Source: Octopus vulgaris
Taxonomy: Eukaryota
Length of the DNA stretch: 64,000 nt
Reading direction: 5' to 3'
Assembly (NCBI GenBank): GCA_951406725.2
Contig: OX597814.1
Coordinates: forward strand, 124,000,001 to 124,064,000
Of the stretch, positions 54,516 to 64,000 are shown piece by piece. Within the stretch, counting starts at the first letter, position 1; each line of letters begins with the position of its first letter. A program made the position numbers and the translations under genes. The notes below the pieces were generated by a model. That model was not told where the DNA came from, did no database searches, and saw only the letters and a list, made by a program, of their open reading frames with translations.

Positions 54516-55841
54516 TCAGCCATTTAATTTGGGGGAGAACTTAGCTATGAAATGTTTTTCCATATTCCTCCTGAAGGGGGTGTCATTCTTCGGACACTTG
54601 TAGAAGGGAAATATCTTAAATTTTCCTTCTCCACATGTAGCTAGGTGTGTGCTTAGTGGTATTTTGCGTAGTTCCTCCTGCCGAATATGTTGTCGGTGGA
54701 TCCTGGCTCGCTGGCACAAAGAATTACCAGTTTCTCCTACGTAATTCTCCTTGCATGTGGGGCAGGTTATGCAGTATATGACGTTCTGCGTCTTGCAGTT
54801 CATATCTGCATTTACTTTGAATATGACACCATTTTTAAATCTTATCTCTCTGTTGCTCTCTATGTATTTGTAGGTGGGGTTGCTGCAGGTCCCACATCTA
54901 CCATCTCCGCACTCTTTTGCAAAGAATTCCGTTTTAGTTTCTGAAGAGAATTTCGCTCTTGTTAGGTGTTTTTTTAGGTTTTTGTCCTGTCGTCTACTGT
55001 TTTTTATGCTATATTTGTTTAATATGTTTTTCATTTTGGGGCTCTGTAAGGCTATTGGTAGGTTTGAATGTATGGTTTGGAAGATGTTGGTAACTCCAGG
55101 GTTGTGTGTGTTTATAAAAGGGATAGTGTTTTCTTTGTTTTTTGTTTTGGGTGTCCTGAGTTGTGTGATGTCTAGTTTTAATGCTCTTGTGATTCCATTT
55201 TCTATTAGTTTAAGGGGGTATTTTTGCTCTAGGAGGAAGCTTTTGAGTTCATCTAGTCTTATTAATCGTATTTGTGAATCAGTTACTATGCTACATATTC
55301 GTCGTGCCATACTATATGGGATGTTTCTTTTTGTGTGGGATGGGTGGCAGGAGTGGAAATTTAAGTATTGATGTGTGTCAGTTTTTTTGTAGTGGATGTC
55401 TGTTGTGACGATGGAGTTGTGTATTTTGATGTTGATGTCTAGGAAGGGAAGTTCGTTGTGGCTGGTATCTATTGTGAAATTGATAGATGGGTGCAGCGTA
55501 TTGAGGATGTTGTGGAATGTTTGTAGGTCCTCTTCTGATCTGTTCCAAAAGATGAAACAGTCATCGAGGTAGCGTTTCCACTTTTTCTTGATGTCTTCTC
55601 TGAAGTCGTGTTCGAAGACTTTCCCTATTTCGTCATATAGTTTTTTCTCCAGGAAGCCCATCACTAGGTTGGCATATGAAGGTGCGAATTTTGTACCCAT
55701 AGCCGTGCCTTTTATCTGTCGGTATGTCTTGTTGTTGAATGAGAATGTGTTTTCTTCTAGTATTAGTTGGGTGGCTTGGGTGATAAAGTTTGTCTTGAAG
55801 CGTTCATCTATAAGTTCTCTGTATTTTTCTATTGATTGTTT
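54516..55841 (-). CDS. Penelope-like RT (C-terminal part) + Cys linker + GIY-YIG endonuclease, N-truncated
   Basis: GTAMGTKFAPSYANL, RYLDD, TDIHYKKTDTHQYL..SCHP, CGDGRCGTC, NVIYCITC..C...YVGETG..L..R...H; the frame stays open upstream of 55700 to the TA tract. Confidence 0.93.
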   Translation of the reverse strand, partial: KQSIEKYRELIDERFKTNFITQATQLILEENTFSFNNKTYRQIKGTAMGTKFAPSYANLVMGFLEKKLYDEIGKVFEHDFREDIKKKWKRYLDDCFIFWNRSEEDLQTFHNILNTLHPSINFTIDTSHNELPFLDINIKIHNSIVTTDIHYKKTDTHQYLNFHSCHPSHTKRNIPYSMARRICSIVTDSQIRLIRLDELKSFLLEQKYPLKLIENGITRALKLDITQLRTPKTKNKENTIPFINTHNPGVTNIFQTIHSNLPIALQSPKMKNILNKYSIKNSRRQDKNLKKHLTRAKFSSETKTEFFAKECGDGRCGTCSNPTYKYIESNREIRFKNGVIFKVNADMNCKTQNVIYCITCPTCKENYVGETGNSLCQRARIHRQHIRQEELRKIPLSTHLATCGEGKFKIFPFYKCPKNDTPFRRNMEKHFIAKFSPKLNG

Positions 55842-55859
55842 TATATATATATATATATG

Positions 55860-56075
55860 TCATTATCATCAACGTTTAACGTCCGCTTTCCATGCTAGCA
55901 TGGGTTGGACGATTTTGACTGAGAGCTGGCGAACCAGATGGCTGCACCAGGCTCCAATCTTGATCTGGCAGAGTTTCTACAGCTGGATGCCCTTCTTAAC
56001 AACAACCACTCCGAGAGTGTAGTGGGTGCTTTTTACATGCCATATATGTATATATATATGTGTGTGTGTGTGTGT

Positions 56076-56122
<47 letters not shown>

Positions 56123-56470
56123 TATATGCCTGTGTGCATATATGTGTGAACATATATATCATCATCATTGTTTAACGTCCGCTTTCCATGCTGGTATGGG
56201 TTTGATGGTTTTGACTGAGGTTTGGTAAGGTACTTTTAAATAGGCCGGTTATGTGACATTGGCATCTGCCATAGCTATGATCTCAGTTGGCTTGCTGGTT
56301 CTTCTCAAACACAGCATAGCTCCAAAGGTCTCGCCCACTTGGCATTGCTTCTGTGAGGCCGAATGTTTGAGGGTCATGCTTTACAACCTCATTCCATGTC
56401 TTCCTGGGTCTACCTCTTCTTCAGGTTCCCTCCACTGTTAGAGTGTGACACTTCTTCACACAGCTGTCCT

Positions 56471-56472
<2 letters not shown>
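55860..56472 (-). mobile_element. Two RTE 3' fragments (55860-56040; 56158-56472 with ORF end)
   Basis: [32 protein letters not shown] on the minus strand; conserved tail. Confidence 0.8.
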
Positions 56473-56519
<47 letters not shown>

Positions 56520-56565
56520 TACATATACATATATATGTATGTGTGTGTGTGTGTATATATATATA

Positions 56566-56597
<32 letters not shown>

Positions 56598-57324
56598 GGT
56601 GTCTTTAAAAATGTCTTTGCAAAGAATTTTTGATATAGTTGCAATATTTGAAGAAAGATTTTCTTTTCTTAAATTAAAATTTTGAATTATATAAAAGAAA
56701 TCTTGAAAAGTAAAAAAAAAAAGAACGGTACACACTTTTTGGAAGGAAGTTTCTGAATTGTGTATAAGCAATTCCGTTGTTTACAGCCAGACATTTCTGT
56801 GTGAATGGAAAATTCAAAATATTTTCTATTTTTTTTTGCAATAAAGTTAAAAAACGATCAACTCTGAAAGGTAAATGAAAAAATACCTTATAAGAATTTT
56901 AAATCCAAAGTTAAATTGGAAATACTCAACACTACTATGAAGAATGAATTCTTCTCTGCAGATTACTCAACTACATGTATTTTTGAAAAACTGTAAGCAG
57001 TGAAAGCACTTATGCATAGTATGAAAACTTCCTTCCAAAAATTTTATGTCGTGTTTGTTTTAATATAATTAACAATTTTTTATTTAAGAAAATTTTTCTT
57101 TGAAAACACACATATGTACGTGCATGTCTAGACATGCAATTATATGCATGAAAATACATACATGATACAAAACATACAAATCTGCACATGCACAGACACA
57201 AAATACTACACATATACATACATACAAAAATACTAAGTTGATGTTGTTGAACTTTCAATGAAGGAGCCTTGGATCTAGGTTACAAACTGGCTCTTTCTCT
57301 TTTGGTAAGAAATCTTGAAATAAA

Positions 57325-57537
57325 GGCGGTGAGCTGGCAGAATTGTTAGCGCACCAGAAGAAATGCTTAGCAGTATGTCGTCTGCTGTTACGTTCTGAGT
57401 TCGACTTTGCCTTTCATCCTTTTGGGGTCTATAAATTAAGTTCCAGTTATGCACTGGGATCGATTTAATCGACTTAATCCCTTTCTCTGTCCTTGTTTGT
57501 CCCCTCTATGTTTAGCCCATTGTGGGCAATAAGGAAA
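57325..57537 (+). mobile_element. SINE family C monomer with TSD
   Basis: taagaaatcttgaaataaa at 57306-57324 and 57538-57556. Confidence 0.85.
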
Positions 57538-57887
57538 TAAGAAATCTTGAAATAAAACTGAATAATTACATCCCTCCATCTATCCATCCATCTATCCAGC
57601 CATACATGCGTACATGTGTGTATACAGTGCTTGATTGCATTCCACCCGAGCAAGCACCCACACACAACTGTTGTTGAAAAATATTTAATTACATATTAAT
57701 TATAAAAAAAAATATTTAATTATATTATAATTATAAAGAATAACATTGTATAATGTCATAGAAATGTAAACTCAGCAACTTAAAGCTGGCGTCTGGTGCA
57801 GAAACAAATGTTGTGATCTGCTATTAAAGCCTAGTATATTCCACCCTTGTGTTATATCATTCTTCCACACATACATACATGCATACA

Positions 57888-57921
<34 letters not shown>

Positions 57922-58129
57922 CATACATACATACATGCATACATACATACATACATACATACATACATACATACATACATACATACATACATACATACAT
58001 GCATGCATACATACATAGATGCATACATACATACATCATACATATATACATACATACATACATATAAATATGAATGTACACACACACACACATACATATG
58101 CATTTCCTTTTATCTAATATTTAATAATA

Positions 58130-61100
58130 TATCCTAAATCCTCCCTCTTTCATCTCCACCAGTGCCTAAAGAAACACCTTTCCATGCTTCCATTCCACTG
58201 CTTTCAACCTTCTATTAATGTTTCCCTACTGATTTTCAGAAAAAACACACTTCTGTAGTCATGTTTCCTTTCTCAGTCACTGCCTTCACCACCACCTCAT
58301 CTCCAAAGGTTTCCACCTCCGTTTCCGCCATACTTTCCATTTTGCCTCTGCCATCTTATCCATACTCTGCACCACTTCCTACCATCTTATGCATGATCCA
58401 TTCTAATCACTCTAAAATACACACCCTCAACTGCCTTCTTCCTCTTGCTTATTCCACCTTCGTTTTCTGCTGCACATTCCATCTTTTGCTTCATACTCCA
58501 TCTAAACCATAATTTCCACAATTTTCTCGCTCACACCAAACAACATAAACTCCACTCACTCTTTCCTCCTGTCTCACCCAATGCCACTACACCCCCTCCA
58601 TACCCCATCCCCATCCATTCCTCACTCATCCTCACTCCCACCCTTCCATGCACTATTTCCTCCTCTCTCTCATCCCAGCCTTCCATCACTTCCACCCCTC
58701 CCCCACTTTAGTCTGTTGTTACTATTCCTCTTCTTGGAAGTGGGGTGTTCTCTTCTCAAAACAGGTCTGTGCTTCATCCTCCTCAGTAATGAGTTTCAGA
58801 CCTGTACTGATATTCATAGCCTTGTGCACTGCATCAGGCCACATGCACTATTCCACTACACTCTACCTGCATCTAATGATGAAAACTGCTACACTAGCCT
58901 GGGTTGCCAATCATCCCACTGGATGCCAGCTCCTGGCCAGTTCCAAGCAGTTGATCATTTTACAAGCATCCACCGTGTTGTGGACCAGTTCAACTTTCAG
59001 AGTCGTCCCCAACATTTCAACGTCTCCCTCGCCAAACTCTGGGCTCTTTGATGTCTCCTACACCACAAATATATCGTTATAAAACTGGCCAACAAGGGTA
59101 GAGCTGTGGTTACAAGGTTGAGGCTCTCCACAAACTTCAAGACACCTCCTTCTATTGCCCTCTGCTCTCCAACCCCCATGCCTACCAACAGACTGTGTCC
59201 TCCACTATTCATTACCTCATTTCCTCCTCCTGTCTCCTTCCCACCTCCTCCAACCTCATTGTCTGCACTCCACACATCCCCACTATTTACTTCCTTCCCA
59301 AAATTCACAAGCCCAACAATCCTGGCCACGCCATCATTTCCACCTGCAACCGCTCCATGGAAATGATCTCCAAATACCTCGACCATGTTTGTGCCTCACC
59401 TAGCGACTTCCCTCCCCTCCCACAACACTAACCATGCTCTCCATCTGTTTAACTATTTCTCGTTCCCATCCTCATCCTCTAAATTTCTGTTCACTCTTGG
59501 TATCAGAAGTTTTTATATGGTGATCCCACACAACAAAGAGCTTCTTGCACTCAAACACCTTCTAGACCTTCAGGCTAACCCTCAGCTTGACATCTTCACA
59601 CTTCTTCATCTGGCCGAACTTGTTCTCTCTCTCAACTGCTTCATGTTCATGGGGAGATTTTTACCAACAGATCTTAGGAGTGGCCATGGGAACAAGAGTG
59701 GGCCCCAACTATGCAGACTTGTTCATTGACTATGTCAAGGCCCAAATATTCTCCCAATTCACTGGTCCCACTCCCGAACTATATGGTTATTATATCAATG
59801 ACTGTATCAGTGTGACCTCACTCTCCCATGAACAACTAGACTCCTTCCTCTCTTTTGTCCAATCCTTCTATCCTGTCCTTGAATTCTCCTGCACTGTCTC
59901 TAACTCCTTTATTTACACTTCTAGTAATGTCATTTATTGCATCTCCTGCTCTCTCTGTCCTTCCCTGTATATCAGTCAAATGGGATGCTGCTTGACTGAC
60001 TGGTTCATGGAGCACCTCTGAGACATCAGACATGGCCATGACACCCTGATCTCATGCCATTTCCACTCTACTGATCATTCACTACAACATCTGTCTGTGT
60101 TCAGATTATCTTTGCACTGGGGTCACCTGGACTCCTGCCTTCGCCATGAACAAGAACTGATCTTCTCTTGTTGCTCTTTTGCTCCACACAAACTTAACTC
60201 GCCTCCCCTCTTTATCTGACACCAACCTCACCTCCTCTCCTCATTTGACACCAACCCCACACCACTCCAGACACACTAGTACTGACCACTTCTTAACACC
60301 TACACTACACACCATCATCCACACACCAACACACAAACGTCCATACATCATCTTCAATACTGTCACCACGCATACCACTATATGAGCAGACAGATGCACT
60401 GTTTAACTCAGTACACATGCCACACATCACCACGCATGCTCCCACACCCACACAAACATATTACCCAAACACAGACAATATATACACCTACACAAGCACA
60501 TATCTGAACATAGACAGTATATACATGCACACTCAACTCACATTAACACACACAACATACATAGACAAAAATATCTTTCACCCACATACACTATACACAT
60601 GCACACGGTTTGGTCACACTCACGCATGCACACACACATACACACATATGCACACAGTATGTGAAAAAGCATACATCAACTGCTACACACCACAAACATG
60701 TTACACATGCACACAAAAACACACGTTTACACATGCACACACTTACATTATACATGTACACACACACACTCACACATGTCAGAGTCACTTGCCCCTATTC
60801 ACACACATACACATACTCATGCACACCATTCTCACATACACACACATGCATGCACACCTCTTGTTGGGATCACTAGCACTGTTATTATCTCCCTTTCATT
60901 CAACCTCTCTTTTTAATTATTATCTCCCTTTCATTATCCTCTTTTTTGTTCCAATCATTCGCCACACTGGATTCCATTCTCTCTGTGTTTAATTCCTCTT
61001 ACTCCTTTCTGTTGAAGAACCTGAGCTTGAAATGTAAAAGACTTTTTCATTTTTCCTGAGCATCAAACTAATACATTTTCTTGTTCATACACCTGCCTTT

Positions 61101-61130
61101 GTCTTTTGTTTGCCTATAAATTTCAACTAC
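58130..61130 (+). mobile_element. Degenerate Penelope-like element with internal deletion
   Basis: IYFLPKIHKPNNPG, FYQQILGVAMGTRVGPNYADLF, YINDCI, then directly NVIYCISCSLC..LYISQMG..L...F.EH (GIY-YIG); CA-rich 3' region; terminal repeat with hammerhead-like motif at 61005-61040. Confidence 0.85.
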
Positions 61131-61134
61131 ATAA

Positions 61135-61645
61135 ATATATAATTATATAAATATAATTAAGAGCACTGGAGGAACAGCTCTTATACTAGAGAGAGACATG
61201 AAATGACTATAAAACATTTTGAATTTGCACTCCATTAGACCAAGGTTGAATGTGAGGAAAATGGATAAACAGGATTTTGTAAAACTTAGGTTAACCCTAA
61301 ATCTTTAGATTTCTGGTTCAGAAATAAATACTCTACATTCATAAGTAGGGTATACCAACCATACATAAATGAAAATACATACACATACCCATACAATACT
61401 TGTATGGGTAGGTATATATATGCTCTACTGATGAAGGTGGAGCATTTATTACTAAACCAGAAATCTGAAGATTTAGGGTTAACCAAAGTTTTATGAAATC
61501 TTTTTCATCCATTTTCCTCACAATCAACCTTGTGCTAATGGAATGCAAATTCAAAGTGGATTATAGTTGTTTGATGTCTATCTCTAGCATAGGTGCTGTT
61601 TCTCCAGTGCTCTTAATTATAATTATATTTATATAATTATATATG
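61135..61645. repeat. Fold-back element, ~215-bp imperfect arms, central perfect hairpin tacccatacaa-tac-ttgtatgggta
   Basis: 61135-61352 is the diverged reverse complement of 61421-61645. Confidence 0.9.
61422..61479 (+). ncRNA. Type I hammerhead ribozyme motif with canonical core
   Basis: GCTCTA-CTGATGA-A-GGT...ACC-A-GAAA-TCT ga AGA-T-T-TAGGGT; predicted cleavage after 61473. Confidence 0.7.
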
Positions 61646-61741
61646 TATATATATATTGGTTTTACCAATTCGGTTTTTATCATATGCTGGCCACTAATAA
61701 AATCATTAATTTTTTATGATTTTTATCTTTAATTGTGTATG

Positions 61742-61783
<42 letters not shown>

Positions 61784-61784
61784 T

Positions 61785-62910
61785 CAGGCCATTAAGAATA
61801 AAATGTCTGATTTTCTTATGCACCAAGTTTAACAGTTGTTAACTCTAATGTTTTATCCTAACAATTCTTTGTTTTACAACATTGAAGAGCTACATCATTA
61901 CTTTTTGAAATGTAATTCATGGCATCTGGTTATATTGTGAGTTTCCTCTTGTAAATCAATTTTTGTGAACCCATGGATAGATAAAAAATTCGTGTTGTTT
62001 ATGAATATGAATTCCGCCGTGGAAACAAATGCATGTCAGACATCTTGAAACATCAATGAAGTGTTTGGTGAAGATGTGGCAAATGAGTGTACTGTACATT
62101 GATGGTTTGAGAAGCTCCTGTCTGGTGACTTTACTCCTGAAATCAGGCCTATAGTAGACTTAAGACTGAGGTGGATAATGATGAGCTGGAAACTGTAGTG
62201 GAAGTGGATATGAACTATGCATGAGTTAGCAGCAAGGTTTGATGTTCTGATTCTAACTGTATTGGACCATCTGAAACAAATCAGCAAGGTAAAGAAGCTG
62301 GACAAGTGGGTACCACATGAAGTGAACGAGTATCAAATGACATGTTGTCTTGAAACTTGCTGTTCTTTGTTGTTGTAGCATAAAAGCAAACCCGTTTTGC
62401 ATTGTATGATGAAAAATGGATTCTTTTCAACAATAGCAAGTATTCTGCACAGTGGTTGAATAGAGACAAAGTGCCAAAACACAACCCAAAAAAGAATATT
62501 CACCAAAAAAGCTAATGGTGGCTGTTTGGTAGTTCATTGCTGGTGTCATCCACTACAGCTTCATGAGACCTGGTAAGTCAATTACAGCGGTGGTATACAT
62601 CAACCAATTGGATGAAATGACGAGTGATCTGGTTAATAGAGACAGGCCAATTCTCATGTAAGACAATGCTCAGCCACATGTTACACAAAGAACGCTACTC
62701 AAGTTACAGGAATTGAACTTGGAAGTACTTTGTCACCTACCATATTCACCAGACCTTGCACGTTTCCAGGCATTTGACAACATTTTGCAAGGAAAAAACT
62801 TCAAATCTGAAGAAGATGCAAAAATAGCCATTCATGATTTCATCATCTCTTGCTCTCCAGAGTTCTTCATTTCCAGAATAAATAAGCTACTGATACAATG
62901 GCAAAATTAA
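61785..62910 (+). mobile_element. Degenerate mariner, 3' end truncated by a second mariner
   Basis: KKLDKWVP, DEKWILFNN, DNAQPH and HLPYSPDLA remnants with many stops. Confidence 0.85.
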
Positions 62911-62912
62911 TA

Positions 62913-64000
62913 TATCAGGTCATATCATAAGTTCTGTTCGAATTTTGAATAAAGAAAACAAGTGATCAAATGTTATATTTAATTGAAATTTAATCATCAA
63001 TGTACTTTCCCTGATTATCTATGACTTCCTCCCATCTATTTACAAGCTTTTTAATTCCATCAATGTAAAACTCTTTTGGTTTCAAAACGAAGATCTCTGA
63101 AATGTCAGTTTCAACCTCCTCCTGGCTTGCGAAAGTTATGTCCCCCAAATGATTCTGTAAACTATGAAACAAATGGTAGTCTGAAGGAGCAAGGTCAGGA
63201 GAATAAGGTGGATGAGGAATTTTTTCCCAACCCAGCTCTTCGATCTTCTGTGATGTGATCTTTGCAGTGTGGGGTTGCACATTGTCCTGATGAAAGATCA
63301 CTCCTTTTAGATTCACTAAAGCGGGTCTTTTTTTTTCTTCAAAGCTTGGTTCAAACACTCTAATTGCTGACAGACTTGAGTATTGATTGTTGCATTAGGT
63401 GGTAACAATTCAAAGTGAATTACCCCTTTGCAATCCCACCAGATAGAGAGAAGAACCATTTTTTCCATGAAGTTCCCTTTTCGGTTGTGGTTGAGCTTTT
63501 TCCGTTTTACCAAGCCACTGTTTACGACGTTTAACATTTCGAAAGGAGATCCATTTTCTGTCACCAGTCACAAGTCTATCCAAAAAGGGTAAAATGAGTT
63601 CGCAAGAATGGAGAGAAGAGCAGATGTTAACTCAAGATTTGCAATTGCTTTCGGACAATTCATGAGGCACCCATTTTCCAAGTTTAGGAACCTTTCCAAG
63701 TTGTTGAAGATGACGATGAACAGTTGTATGGTTTGAACTAAGCTTTATTGCCAATTCTTTAACTGATAATGCAGGATTTTCTTCAAGTAATGCCTCAAGG
63801 AGCTTATCATCAAACTCAACTGGATGTCCTGTTCGATCTTCATCTTCAAGGCTGAAATCTCCACTTCTGAATTTTGCAAACCATCTTCTGCAAGTTCTTT
63901 CATTCAAGCATTCTTTCCCATAAACTGAGTGTATGTTTCGAGTCTCTTCGGCTGCAGAGTTTCCTTTTTTGTACTCATAAAGCATTATGTGCCTTAAATG
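62913..64000 (-). mobile_element. Mariner (DD34D) with frameshifted transposase; continues beyond the window
   Basis: ORFs 63632-63985 (HTH, WVPHEL), 63316-63564 and 62990-63358 (HQDNVQPH...YSPDLAPSDYHLF); probable TIR tatcaggtcatatcataagttctg after TA. Confidence 0.92.

Larger units (their letters stand above)
53471..55841 (-). mobile_element. 5'-truncated Penelope-like element (Neptune-like) inserted in (TA)n
   Basis: Uninterrupted ORF plus about 1 kb of 3' region ending with a hammerhead-like motif; (TA)n at both ends. Confidence 0.85.

Noticed and set aside
61286-61484. TTAGGG/CCCTAA as telomeric repeats
   Set aside because: Single hexamers that are part of hammerhead stem I in the inverted repeat

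Overview
Eukaryotic, AT-rich, repeat-saturated genomic DNA. The microsatellite load and the SINE/RTE/Penelope repeat families look like an octopus (coleoid cephalopod) genome; this is inferred from recognition, not from a search. Almost all ORF-track entries are translations of microsatellites. The only host-gene signal is three phase-compatible + strand exon candidates (954-1022, 8303-8409, 22866-22905) followed by a plausible 3'UTR, i.e. the 3' end of an unidentified gene. The rest is mobile DNA: several tRNA-derived SINE families, many 5'-truncated RTE 3' ends, CR1 and R4/Dong LINE fragments, three Penelope-like elements (one with an uninterrupted RT + GIY-YIG ORF), a decayed Ty3/gypsy, three mariners, a Helitron, Helentron-like ends, and hAT and piggyBac MITEs. 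The most striking unexplained structure is about ten minimal type I hammerhead-ribozyme-like motifs from at least six sequence families. They include U3-A8 compensatory, A13C and A6U core variants. They sit at Penelope 3' ends or inside short non-coding fold-back palindromes, mostly beside (TA)n tracts. All alignments and folds were done by eye, and repeat boundaries are approximate unless a TSD or TIR is quoted.
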